DNA of 58,319 bases from Acutalibacteraceae bacterium (GTDB taxonomy: Bacteria; Bacillota; Clostridia; Oscillospirales; Acutalibacteraceae): NCBI GenBank assembly GCA_045604445.1, contig JAZUOA010000168.1, forward strand, positions 1 to 58,319. The letters run 5' to 3'. Positions 38,178 to 47,775 of this stretch are shown here, one piece after another; within the stretch, counting starts at the first letter, position 1, and each line of letters starts with the position of its first letter. The translations under genes and the position numbers were made by a program. Under the pieces are notes generated by a model. That model saw only the letters and a list, made by a program, of their open reading frames with translations. It did not search any database and had not been told where the DNA came from.

Positions 38178-39335
38178 TTAACCGAAGAATTTCAAAATCA
38201 TACCACCGGCAATAACCGAAGCTACCTGACCCGAAACATTAACACCTGTTGCATGCATAAGAAGGAAGTTCTGGTTATCCTCTTCAAGACCCATTTTATG
38301 AACAACGCGGGAGGACATGGGGAATGCAGAAATACCTGCCGCACCAATCATCGGGTTGAATTTTTTGCCTTCGGGAAGGAAAAGATTCAAGAATTTTGCA
38401 AAAAGCACGCCACCTGCAGTGTCGAAAATGAAAGCTACAAGACCGAGACCGAGAATGAGCGCTGTTTCCCATGTTAAGAATGCTTCTGCATTCATATTTC
38501 TTGCAACGGTAATACCGAGAAGGATTGTAATAAGATTTGCAAGAACCTTCTGGGCTGTTTCTGAAAGAGAATCAAGCACACCGCATTCTCTTATAAGGTT
38601 ACCGAACATAAGGAAGCCGATAAGAACTGCGCTCTGGGGCGAAACAACGCCTGCAATAATTGAAACAATGATGGGGAAAAGAATTCTTGTTGTTTTAGAA
38701 ACAGATTTGCCCTCATATTTCATACGGATGCGGCGTTCCTTTTTAGTTGTAAGAAGCTTGATAACAGGGGGCTGAACAATAGGAACGAGAGCCATATATG
38801 AATAAGCCGCAACGATAATTGCACCGATATACTGAGAATTAAGCTCTGATGCAACGAAAATTGATGTGGGGCCATCTGCCGCACCGATAATAGCGATAGA
38901 AGCCGCCTCATTTATGGGGAAGAAGAGAGATGCTACGGTAAGCGTGAAGAATATACCGAACTGCCCAGCCGCACCGAAAATCATAAGCTTCGGATTTGAA
39001 AGAAGCGGGCCGAAGTCGATCATAGCACCGATACCGATAAAGAGAAGCAACGGGAAAAGCTCGTTGGCAACGCCTGCATTATAAAGCACCTCGATAGCAC
39101 CATGCTCCGAAATAACGCCCTCAACAAGGGCAAGGGGTAAGTTAACAAGGATTGTACCAAATCCCATAGGTAAAAGAAGCGTTGGCTCCATATCCTTAGC
39201 AATTGCAAGGTAAATAAGAAGACCACCTATTGCCCACATCACAAGCATAGGAAGTATTTCGGATGTAAAATCCATTCCTGTTACGGCATCAAAAATACTA
39301 AGGATTTTTGAGCCTACATCTGTCAAGATATCCAT
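38178..39335 (-). CDS. sodium ion-translocating decarboxylase, beta subunit
   Basis: Polytopic. GFGTILVNLP, IGAADGPTSIF and GAAGISAFPMSSRVV segments are typical of OadB/GcdB/MmdB. The ATG at 39335 follows AAGGAAA. Confidence 0.85.
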   Translation of the reverse strand: MDILTDVGSKILSIFDAVTGMDFTSEILPMLVMWAIGGLLIYLAIAKDMEPTLLLPMGFGTILVNLPLALVEGVISEHGAIEVLYNAGVANELFPLLLFIGIGAMIDFGPLLSNPKLMIFGAAGQFGIFFTLTVASLFFPINEAASIAIIGAADGPTSIFVASELNSQYIGAIIVAAYSYMALVPIVQPPVIKLLTTKKERRIRMKYEGKSVSKTTRILFPIIVSIIAGVVSPQSAVLIGFLMFGNLIRECGVLDSLSETAQKVLANLITILLGITVARNMNAEAFLTWETALILGLGLVAFIFDTAGGVLFAKFLNLFLPEGKKFNPMIGAAGISAFPMSSRVVHKMGLEEDNQNFLLMHATGVNVSGQVASVIAGGMILKFFG

Positions 39336-39432
39336 ATTTTTCCTTCTTTCAATAAAAGTTTGCTTTATATAACCGTTTGAAGAATTTGACAAGCCATTTG
39401 TTTTTTGCTATTCTTCAACGGGGTGAAAAAAT

Positions 39433-39999
39433 TTGAGTGACAAAAGAAAACAAAGAATGATTTCTGATTTAAAAATCAAAAGCATTATTCTGATATCACT
39501 TTTTTCCGCGGTTATTGCGGTTTGCTCGTTAATTACCATTCCCTTCACCGTGCCATTTACAATGCAGCTTTTCGGTGTTTTCTGTGCCCTTTACCTTTTG
39601 GGTGGTAAAAAGGGAACTGTTTGCATAATTTTATACATTCTTTCAGGAGCTGTAGGCTTACCTGTTTTTTCAGGTTTTTCGGGTGGTATAGGTCACCTTT
39701 TTGATGCAACCGGCGGATTTATAACAGGCTTTTTCTTTTCCGGCTTAGCCTACCGGCTTGTAACCGGCCTTTTAAAAAGGAATCCTCGCGCAAAGCTTTT
39801 CGGTCTTTTTGCCGCCCTTACGGCTTGCTATATTACAGGCGCATTATGGTTCGCCATATTTTGCAACCAAGGAGATTTTCTTCTAAGCATTAAAACCGCT
39901 ATTCTTTCCTGCGTTGTTCCTTTTATTATTCCCGATTTACTAAAAATTGCATTAACAATTTTAGTTTGCCGGAAAATTGAAAAATATAAATTATTCTGA
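39433..39999 (+). CDS. bioY: biotin transporter BioY (ECF S-component)
   Basis: ITIPFTVPFTMQLFGVF..GLPVFSGFSGGIGHLFDATGGFITGF is characteristic of BioY. The start is either TTG 39433 or ATG 39457. Confidence 0.85.
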   Translation: MSDKRKQRMISDLKIKSIILISLFSAVIAVCSLITIPFTVPFTMQLFGVFCALYLLGGKKGTVCIILYILSGAVGLPVFSGFSGGIGHLFDATGGFITGFFFSGLAYRLVTGLLKRNPRAKLFGLFAALTACYITGALWFAIFCNQGDFLLSIKTAILSCVVPFIIPDLLKIALTILVCRKIEKYKLF

Positions 40000-40005
40000 T
40001 GTATG

Positions 40006-40034
40006 CTGCTCTCCGTTTTAGGAGAGCAGTTTTT
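40006..40034 (+). terminator. rho-independent terminator after bioY
   Basis: CTGCTCTCC / GGAGAGCAG stem followed by TTTTT. Confidence 0.65.
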
Positions 40035-40038
40035 ATTT

Positions 40039-42504
40039 TCAATCTACAATTCCCTCAAGGAAGTTAACCTCTGTAACGTTAAGCTCATGGTCAACCCTGA
40101 AGGTTTTAATTTCATGCTTACCGATATCAAACCAGAAGCCGTTATCAAAAAGCTTTGACATAAGATAGCATCGAGTTACCTCTTCGCCCTTTGTTTCATA
40201 AAGCCTGATGATAATATCACCGCTTCCGTCCTCGCAACGCTTGAGCGCGGTTATGAGAACATTGTCAGCATTTGTATACATAAAGCAATTCTTTTGGGGA
40301 AGCTCGCCCTTATGATAGCTTTCGGGAACTGCAACAATATTATTGTTGAAAATATGAGCTTCTTTAACAATATCGCTGTTTTCTGCCTCACCGGAATGAA
40401 CATAAATACCATAAGAGAATCGATTGAGTCCCTCATCGGTAAAATCAAAGTCAGCTGCAGGTCTGTAGGAATAATGGTCGGCAAAAATTACGTTTCTCAA
40501 AGCAGTGAGTCTGAGCTCTGCACCGGGGCAATCGTAGCTGTATTTTGAATCGCTGATTATCGAAAGACCTAAGCGGCTTGAGTTCTTTGTAACGGTAAGG
40601 TCTGCCCAGTTAAGAGCAGGCTCTTCATCACCGTCGCACTCCCTTTTAATAAATCCGCAGGGGATTTCATAGGTGGAAACTTCTTCTTTTCCGCCAATTG
40701 CGAATGCAAATTTGAGAAGCGAGAACTTTTCCTGCCAAAGAGCCTTGCAATCTACTCGGATTGTTTTTTGACCTTTTGCAAGTATAAAATCCTGAGTAAG
40801 ATAGCTTTCGCCGAATTTATGCTTTGTTCTTATAACTGATCTGAGAGCACCGTTTTCAACTCTTTCAATGCTTACAAGCTCCATAACACCCTTAACATCA
40901 TGGAATTTAAACACATTGTGGGCCCATGTATCTGTTTTATCATCGTTTATAACCGTGGGGATTGCAAGGAAATTGTCGCCTGCATATTCCTCACCGGTTT
41001 CCTTATTAACAAGGCTCTTTATATATCCTGTGCGGTTATCCAACTCAACAGAAACGAATTCATTTTCCATAAAGAAATTCTGTTCGCCGGAAAGCTCCTT
41101 TTCTGCCTTAACATCTTCGCATTCAAGCCAGTAAGTAGCGTAACCGAAAGGCTCAACCTTTGCCATAAAGAGCGTGTCAAGGTGTTCATCATTTGAACGG
41201 GAGGAACGAACATTCTGGAAAAGAACCTCGTTACCCTCGGAATCGGTAACCGCCTTTGAGGGATGATATGTTCTCACAGGAACATTAACCTCATAAGAAT
41301 GGGGGTTAAACACAACAACAGGTCGGGGGAATCCGTTATCTGCTCCTGTGTAATGGCGGGTATGAAGCACTGCATCGCTTACACCCTCAACCCATGTATC
41401 AATTTTTCTTGCTATGCGAAGCACCGCATTATTGTAGCCTTCTGAGGCAATGCTCAAGGCGTAGCCCTGAGATTCCTTAACATCATCATAAGCCTCTCTT
41501 ATTGAGCAGCCGCATAAAATATCATGGAACTGGTTAAAGCAAACCTTTTTCCAGGCTTTTTCAAATTCTTTTGTTTCGGGCGCCGATTCTGTAACTATGG
41601 AAGCAATAGTATCCCACTTTTCTGCGGCGGCAAGAGCATTTTCTGCCTTTCTGTTGAGCTCTTTTACAAGGCTCGTTGCGCTGTAACAGCCGCTGGCATG
41701 ATGCTGAAGCTCCGTACCCCAATTTTTAAGATGTAAAAATTGGTTTAGCATATCCTCAAAATATTCATCGGGAGAGGAAAATTCAAGCTCGTTGTAGCCC
41801 TCGCGATCGGTCATTTCCCTGAGGTATTCAATATCTCCCTTTGTAGGTCCGCCACCGTGGTTGCCTACGCCATAGAACAACATCATTCCGTGACCGGCTT
41901 CTTCCGCGCGGTTGTTGGCTTCCTCTATTTTTCTGTCAAGCGCTTCCTTACCGTTTGCGCCGTAGCCATCGGGGATACGGTAGGTAAGAATTCTTGTTCC
42001 GTCTGCGCTGTCCCACCAGAAAAGGTTTTCAGGTATTTCTGCATTTTCATGCATTCCGGGGCGCTGGAAAACATAAGAGTTCATTCCGCCTTTTTTAAGA
42101 AGCTGCGGAAGCATTGCATTGTGGCCGAAGGAATCAACGTTATAGCCTGTTTTGCAGGTGATGCCGAATTTTTCGTAGTAATAAAGCTGGCTGTAAAGAG
42201 CCTGGCGGGCAAAGCTTTCGCCTGAGGGCATATTGCAATCGGGTTGAACCCACCAACCGTTAACCGGCACCCATCTGCCTCTTCTGACCATTGTTTTAAT
42301 TTCCTCAAACATCTGAGGATCAATTTTTTCTACCCACTCATAATAAGCGGCTGAGGAACAGGTGAAAACAAAATCGTTGTATTCTTTTAATCTGTCAAGG
42401 GCGCTGCGGAATGTTTGAAGAACCTCACCGCAACCCTCTTGCCAACGCCAGAGCCATATAGGGTCAAGGTGTGCGTTTCCGATAAGCTTAATTGTTTTAT
42501 CCAT
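40039..42504 (-). CDS. GH38 alpha-mannosidase
   Basis: N-terminal GNAHLDPIWLWRWQEG, GYNVDSFGH and FYGVGNHGGGP motifs of family 38. Confidence 0.85.
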   Translation of the reverse strand: MDKTIKLIGNAHLDPIWLWRWQEGCGEVLQTFRSALDRLKEYNDFVFTCSSAAYYEWVEKIDPQMFEEIKTMVRRGRWVPVNGWWVQPDCNMPSGESFARQALYSQLYYYEKFGITCKTGYNVDSFGHNAMLPQLLKKGGMNSYVFQRPGMHENAEIPENLFWWDSADGTRILTYRIPDGYGANGKEALDRKIEEANNRAEEAGHGMMLFYGVGNHGGGPTKGDIEYLREMTDREGYNELEFSSPDEYFEDMLNQFLHLKNWGTELQHHASGCYSATSLVKELNRKAENALAAAEKWDTIASIVTESAPETKEFEKAWKKVCFNQFHDILCGCSIREAYDDVKESQGYALSIASEGYNNAVLRIARKIDTWVEGVSDAVLHTRHYTGADNGFPRPVVVFNPHSYEVNVPVRTYHPSKAVTDSEGNEVLFQNVRSSRSNDEHLDTLFMAKVEPFGYATYWLECEDVKAEKELSGEQNFFMENEFVSVELDNRTGYIKSLVNKETGEEYAGDNFLAIPTVINDDKTDTWAHNVFKFHDVKGVMELVSIERVENGALRSVIRTKHKFGESYLTQDFILAKGQKTIRVDCKALWQEKFSLLKFAFAIGGKEEVSTYEIPCGFIKRECDGDEEPALNWADLTVTKNSSRLGLSIISDSKYSYDCPGAELRLTALRNVIFADHYSYRPAADFDFTDEGLNRFSYGIYVHSGEAENSDIVKEAHIFNNNIVAVPESYHKGELPQKNCFMYTNADNVLITALKRCEDGSGDIIIRLYETKGEEVTRCYLMSKLFDNGFWFDIGKHEIKTFRVDHELNVTEVNFLEGIVD

Positions 42505-44294
42505 TATTCTTCACACTCCTCAATGAAACCAAAATATCTGCCCAACCAATATGCAAATGTGTAGACATAGCAGCTTTCCACGCATAACGCTCCGCCACTG
42601 TCTTCATTTTTATATTCAAGGGGGTTTCTGTCATATTTTGCAATAAAGTGTTCATCGTTTGCCGGAAGAGCTGAAACCTCCTTATATCCACCCATATAAA
42701 GCTTTACGGGATAATCGCGCCTTGATGTTAACGAAACTGCGCTGGCAAGGCGAGAAACATTAAAACGATAGAACCATGTTTTAACTCTTTCCGCATTGGG
42801 CTTTGCCTCAGGGTCGCTGAGGAAATAGGGGAAATCGTAGCCGGGATTATATTCAGGAGCAAGAGAATATCTCCAGCTTCTGAAAGCTTTTATAAACATC
42901 TGCTTGCAGTTTTCATCGGGCTCAAGGGTTGCAAGGCCCCAGAGAGAAAGCACAGCAAGGTTATGGTCACCGTACATTATATCCTCTCTGTCATCAATAC
43001 CACCCTGAAGGCATACATGGTGGAAACGGTCAAAATGCCCCATAGTAAGCTCATCGTAGCCTCTTTCGCAAAGCATATCATAGGTTTCTTGCCATTTACC
43101 GCTTTCGCCTGTAATATGCATTGTAACTCTCAGAAACATAAGAAGCTCGCCGGCATTCAGGCAAGCATCTGCCCAACCCATACCTGAGTTAAAATATTCT
43201 TCATTCCACTTTGCCCAAGTAGTAGGCTTGCCATCCGCCTCGCGAAGCTGAAAACCGTTATCTATGATATGATTCATTGTGTTTCTGGCGGCAGTTTTAA
43301 GAAGCTCATCATACTCAGCATCCTCGCAGCCTAAAAACTCATGGGCAACAAGAAGGTGCATATAATGGTGAGTTATTTCATCGCTGCTTGTATCACCCTT
43401 ATAAACAATGTCGGTATCCTCGTAACCTTCAGAGGTATATAATTTGCGAAGCCTCTCGGGAATAGGTGCATCTGCCTTAACCTCAAGGCCAACAATTTTT
43501 TTATTGCGGGCATCGGTTGTATTAAGCAATGCTGCTGTTGCACCGTTTTTCTTATAAAAAAGGCCGTCATCGGGCACAGGCTCATCTTTTGTAAGGTAGG
43601 TTCTTGCAACAAAGCCATCGCCCCTGCCTGCAATATACATCAAAAGAAGAGTTGCCTCGCTTGCGCGCATTGCAATCTCGCGAGCTTTAAGGGTTTCGTC
43701 ATCGTAAGCACCCTTTTCTTTTTTCAATGTTGCATAATGGAAAATTTCACCCATTGCATAGCCTGCCGAAAAGCTACCGTCGTTATCTGAATGGCCATAG
43801 GGAAGCGCGGATTTCAGGTTACCTGCCTCGGCAAGTCGCTTCTGGCTTACCATTCCGTGGCGTTGAACATATGTAAGAGTTTCTTCAAGAAGAAGGTTCG
43901 CCTTTTCTTCCATGCTCATTTTTACCATATCTATATGAGTAACGCCGTTTGCCGTAAGCACCCAAACACCGTTGCCGTCAGCAAAAAGAGCCTGAACATT
44001 ATTATCTAAAAGATCGCGCCTTGCGCTGAAATACATAACAACATCATAGATGCTTTTTGCATTTGGGTCATAGCGAGTTACTCCCCCACCTGAGCCGTAC
44101 CAAACAACACCGTTTTCGCCCTCGCAGAAGCAAGTGTAATCCTTTTTCTTTTGGGGAAGCGGATAGGGAAAATCTGTTAAATCGGGTTTTTTAGGCTTTA
44201 TTTCAAGCAAAGCCTTGGGCACTTCAATATCATATTTTTTGAAGTGACTTACAACCCTTGTTAACTGAGGAAAAAGTTTAATAGGTTGAGCCAT
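42504..44294 (-). CDS. hypothetical protein, translationally coupled to GH38 (uncharacterised, possibly a glycosidase-like helical barrel)
   Basis: 596-aa soluble ORF with no signal peptide. Its stop overlaps the GH38 start by one base (ATGA). No family motif recognised. Confidence 0.5.
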   Translation of the reverse strand: MAQPIKLFPQLTRVVSHFKKYDIEVPKALLEIKPKKPDLTDFPYPLPQKKKDYTCFCEGENGVVWYGSGGGVTRYDPNAKSIYDVVMYFSARRDLLDNNVQALFADGNGVWVLTANGVTHIDMVKMSMEEKANLLLEETLTYVQRHGMVSQKRLAEAGNLKSALPYGHSDNDGSFSAGYAMGEIFHYATLKKEKGAYDDETLKAREIAMRASEATLLLMYIAGRGDGFVARTYLTKDEPVPDDGLFYKKNGATAALLNTTDARNKKIVGLEVKADAPIPERLRKLYTSEGYEDTDIVYKGDTSSDEITHHYMHLLVAHEFLGCEDAEYDELLKTAARNTMNHIIDNGFQLREADGKPTTWAKWNEEYFNSGMGWADACLNAGELLMFLRVTMHITGESGKWQETYDMLCERGYDELTMGHFDRFHHVCLQGGIDDREDIMYGDHNLAVLSLWGLATLEPDENCKQMFIKAFRSWRYSLAPEYNPGYDFPYFLSDPEAKPNAERVKTWFYRFNVSRLASAVSLTSRRDYPVKLYMGGYKEVSALPANDEHFIAKYDRNPLEYKNEDSGGALCVESCYVYTFAYWLGRYFGFIEECEE

Positions 44295-44493
44295 CTCTTT
44301 TTCTCCTTTGCGATATATTTTATTATTGAAACCAAATTTTCACATCATAAATTTTAACAAAATAAAGCGCAAAGTTCAATATATTATTTAAATTTGTTTA
44401 ATTTTTTTATTATAGATATTGGAATATTTAAAAGTAAGTGCTATAATAACTTTGTTATGTAGAATTTTTGGCGCATTTGAAAGGAAAATGCTT

Positions 44494-45753
44494 ATGAATA
44501 CACAAATTTTCGATAAATATGAATCTGAGGTACGCTCATATTGCCGTAATTTCCCTGCGGTTTTTACTAAGGCTAAGGATTCTTTTATTTTCGCAGAGGA
44601 CGGAAAAAAATATATCGACTTTTTCTGCGGTGCAGGCGCTTTAAACTATGGCCATAATAACGACTATATCAAGGCTCAGATTATGGAATATCTTGCGAAT
44701 GACGGCATAATCCACTCCCTTGATATGTTTACCGCTGCTAAACGCGATTTCATAGAATATTTCGAAAAAAATGTTCTTGAGCCCCGTGGTTTTGATTACA
44801 AAATCCAATTCCCCGGCCCAACAGGAACAAATGCGGTAGAGGCTGCCTTGAAGCTTGCCCGAAAAGTTAAAAAAAGAAATAATATCTTCGCTTTTATGGG
44901 TGCATTCCACGGTATGACCTTGGGCTCACTTTCTATGACCACCGACCGTGATTCCCGAGAGGGTGCAGGCGTGGTTTTAACCGACGTTACTCATATGCCG
45001 TCACCATATATGTTTCCGGAGCTTGATGTTTTAAAATATATGCAAACTCTTATTGATGACGACCATTCCGGCATTTCAAAGCCTGCCGCAGTTTTCATTG
45101 AACCGGTTCAGGCAGATGGCGGTATTCATGTTTTCAGTGTAGATTTCCTTAAAGGACTCAGAGATTTCTGCACAAAGAACGATATTCTGCTTGTTTGCGA
45201 TGATATTCAGGTAGGTTCTGCAAGAACCGGCACCTATTTCTCCTTTGAGCGCGCAGGTATAACACCGGATATTGTTACGCTTTCAAAATCAATCGGCGGT
45301 TATGGTATGCCCTTTGCCCTTGTTCTGTTTAAGCCCGAGCTTGATATCTGGAAACCGGGCGAGCATAACGGCACATTCCGCGGAAGCCAGCTTTCAATTG
45401 TTGCCGCAAAAGCGGGCCTTGAAATAATGCTCAAAGAAAATGTTGAAAAAGAGGTTCAGCGTAAAGGCGAAATTATCAAAGAATATCTTTCAAAAGTTAA
45501 AGATATCAACGAGAACTTTGATGTTCGCGGTATAGGCTTTATGTGGGGCGTTGACTGCAACAAGGTGTGCTCCGATGCAGTTTCAAAAGCAATAGTCAAG
45601 GAATGCTTTGACAACGGCCTTATTGTTGAAAGAGCAGGCAGAAACAACGACGTTGTTAAGCTTATGCCTTGCCTTTTAGCCGATGATGAAACTCTCAAGG
45701 CAGGCCTCGAAATATTTGTTAACGCTGTTAAATCTGTTGTTGAGAAAATGTGA
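44494..45753 (+). CDS. diaminobutyrate--2-oxoglutarate transaminase-like class III aminotransferase
   Basis: YESEVRSYCRNFPAVFTKAKDSFIF..DFFCGAGALNYGHNN closely resembles the EctB/Dat N-terminus. LSKSIGG carries the PLP lysine. ATG 44494 is chosen from RBS spacing. Confidence 0.75.
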   Translation: MNTQIFDKYESEVRSYCRNFPAVFTKAKDSFIFAEDGKKYIDFFCGAGALNYGHNNDYIKAQIMEYLANDGIIHSLDMFTAAKRDFIEYFEKNVLEPRGFDYKIQFPGPTGTNAVEAALKLARKVKKRNNIFAFMGAFHGMTLGSLSMTTDRDSREGAGVVLTDVTHMPSPYMFPELDVLKYMQTLIDDDHSGISKPAAVFIEPVQADGGIHVFSVDFLKGLRDFCTKNDILLVCDDIQVGSARTGTYFSFERAGITPDIVTLSKSIGGYGMPFALVLFKPELDIWKPGEHNGTFRGSQLSIVAAKAGLEIMLKENVEKEVQRKGEIIKEYLSKVKDINENFDVRGIGFMWGVDCNKVCSDAVSKAIVKECFDNGLIVERAGRNNDVVKLMPCLLADDETLKAGLEIFVNAVKSVVEKM

Positions 45754-45759
45754 TTTACG

Positions 45760-45791
45760 CCCCGAAACAGAATACTGTTTCGGGGTTTTTT
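45760..45791 (+). terminator. rho-independent terminator
   Basis: CCCCGAAACAG / CTGTTTCGGGG stem followed by TTTTTT. Confidence 0.75.
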
Positions 45792-45808
45792 AAAACCCGG
45801 GAGGATTT

Positions 45809-47566
45809 ATGACAAAAAAAGAAAAAAGCGGCAATGCGCACCTCATAAAGCGCTTTTTGCCCTATTACAAGCAACATATAAAAACCCTTATATTCGATTT
45901 ATTCTGCGCATCTCTTACTACTGTTTGCGAGCTTGCGCTACCAATGATAGTGCGTTACATAACAAACGCAGTAACAACAGATATTTCCCTTTTAACTCCT
46001 GCAGTTATTTTAGGCGTTGGGGCAATGTATCTTATAATGAGGATTATTGATGCCGTAGCTAACTACTATATGGCATCGGTAGGCCATATTATGGGCACTA
46101 AAATGGAAACAAAAATGCGAAAGGATTTATTTGAGCATCTTCAAAAGCTTTCATATTCCTATTACGATAACACAAAGGTTGGCACAATAATGTCCAGAAT
46201 CACAAGCGACCTTTTTGATGTTACGGAGTTTGCTCACCATTGCCCTGAAGAATTTTTTATCGCGGGTATAAAAATTGCAGTTTCCTTTATCATTTTAAGC
46301 TTCATAAATCTTCCGCTTACGCTCCTTTTATTTGCGGTTATTCCCGTTATGGCAATTTGCCTTAAATTTTTCAGAAAACGTATGCGCGACGGATTCAGAG
46401 AATCAAGAGTGGTTGTAGGTGAATTGAACAGCCAGATTGAAGATTCCCTCCTTGGTGTAAGAGTCGTTAAATCCTTCGCCAATGAAAAAATAGAAGAAAA
46501 GAAATTTAAAAGGGGAAATGAAAAATTTCTTGAAATCAAATCAAAGGTTTATAAATATATGGGCTCCCATAGCTCAATTAACAGGGTTTTCGAGGGCATA
46601 ATGTATATCCTCATAGTTGTTGCCGGGGCTTTTGCTCTTGTTAAGGGGAAAATCAACGCAGCCGATTATATTGCTTACCTTCTTTATATTTCAACTCTTC
46701 TTACCTCAATAAGAAAAATTATCGATTTTGCAGAGCAGTTTCAAAGAGGTATGACAGGTATTGAACGATTTGCCGAAATTATGGACACAGAGCCCACAAT
46801 CAAGGATAAAGAAAATGCAACCGAGCTTTCTGTTAAAGAAGGTTCAATTGAATTTCAAAATGTATCTTTCAGATATTCCGATGAAACCGATGAAATTCTT
46901 GACAATATAAACATCAAAATCGGAGCAGGAGAAAGCTTTGCTCTTGTGGGTCCCTCAGGCGGCGGAAAAACCACAATCTGCAACCTGATTCCCCGTTTTT
47001 ATGAATTAACAGAGGGAACAATAAAAATTGATGGCACCGACATCAGAGATGTTACGCTTAAAAGCCTGAGAGAAAATATAGGCGTTGTTCAACAAGATGT
47101 GTATTTATTCTCGGGAACCGTAAGAGAAAACATTGAATACGGCAAACCCGGCGCTACAGATGAAGAAATACGCGAAGCTGCCCGCCTTGCAGGCGCAGAA
47201 GAGTTTATTGACAAATTGCCTGATGGATTCGAAACTTATGTAGGCGAGCGCGGCGTAAAGCTTTCGGGAGGTCAGAAGCAGAGAATAAGCATCGCAAGGG
47301 TTTTCCTTAAAAACCCGAAAATTCTTATTCTTGACGAGGCAACAAGCGCCCTTGATAATGAAAGCGAATATCTCGTTCAACAATCGCTTGAGCGCCTTGC
47401 AAAAGGCAGAACCACATTAACCGTTGCCCATAGATTAACAACAATCAAAAATGCCGATAAAATTCTTGTTGTAACCAAAGACGGTATAGCCGAAAGCGGT
47501 AATCATGAAGAGCTTACTGCTCAAAACGGACTTTATTCAACTATGTATAAGATGTACAGAATTTAA
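45809..47566 (+). CDS. ABC exporter, fused permease/ATPase (MsbA/MdlB-type)
   Basis: Six-TM N-domain, Walker A GPSGGGKTT, LSGGQKQR, ILILDEATSALD. Confidence 0.85.
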   Translation: MTKKEKSGNAHLIKRFLPYYKQHIKTLIFDLFCASLTTVCELALPMIVRYITNAVTTDISLLTPAVILGVGAMYLIMRIIDAVANYYMASVGHIMGTKMETKMRKDLFEHLQKLSYSYYDNTKVGTIMSRITSDLFDVTEFAHHCPEEFFIAGIKIAVSFIILSFINLPLTLLLFAVIPVMAICLKFFRKRMRDGFRESRVVVGELNSQIEDSLLGVRVVKSFANEKIEEKKFKRGNEKFLEIKSKVYKYMGSHSSINRVFEGIMYILIVVAGAFALVKGKINAADYIAYLLYISTLLTSIRKIIDFAEQFQRGMTGIERFAEIMDTEPTIKDKENATELSVKEGSIEFQNVSFRYSDETDEILDNINIKIGAGESFALVGPSGGGKTTICNLIPRFYELTEGTIKIDGTDIRDVTLKSLRENIGVVQQDVYLFSGTVRENIEYGKPGATDEEIREAARLAGAEEFIDKLPDGFETYVGERGVKLSGGQKQRISIARVFLKNPKILILDEATSALDNESEYLVQQSLERLAKGRTTLTVAHRLTTIKNADKILVVTKDGIAESGNHEELTAQNGLYSTMYKMYRI

Positions 47567-47741
47567 GTGGTAAGTGGCAAGTTAAGGGTGCTGCGCCCGG
47601 CATTATATAAAGTTGAAAGATACAAGATATTATTGTTCTGAATTTTTTTGCTATTTTGAGATTTTATAAAAAGAAACTATGGTTAGAATAATTTGTTATA
47701 ATATTCGGAATCGGAGCTTCCCAAAACTTGCAACTTGCCAC
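47567..47741. repeat. heptamer-terminated intergenic element, copy A (175 bp, no ORF)
   Basis: Left end GTGGTAA-GTGGCAA-GTTAAGG starts on the base after the ABC stop codon. Right end CCAAAAC-TTGCAAC-TTGCCAC is its imperfect inverse. The internal 56-nt core is shared with copy B. Confidence 0.7.
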
Positions 47742-47775
47742 TTTTTGTGTATAAATCAAAACAGGAGGATGTACT

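Noticed and set aside
39336-39432. A BirA/bioO-type operator in the oadB-bioY divergent region.
   Set aside because: I could not find a TGTnAAC-N14-16-GTTnACA-like inverted repeat. The only partial matches are non-palindromic.
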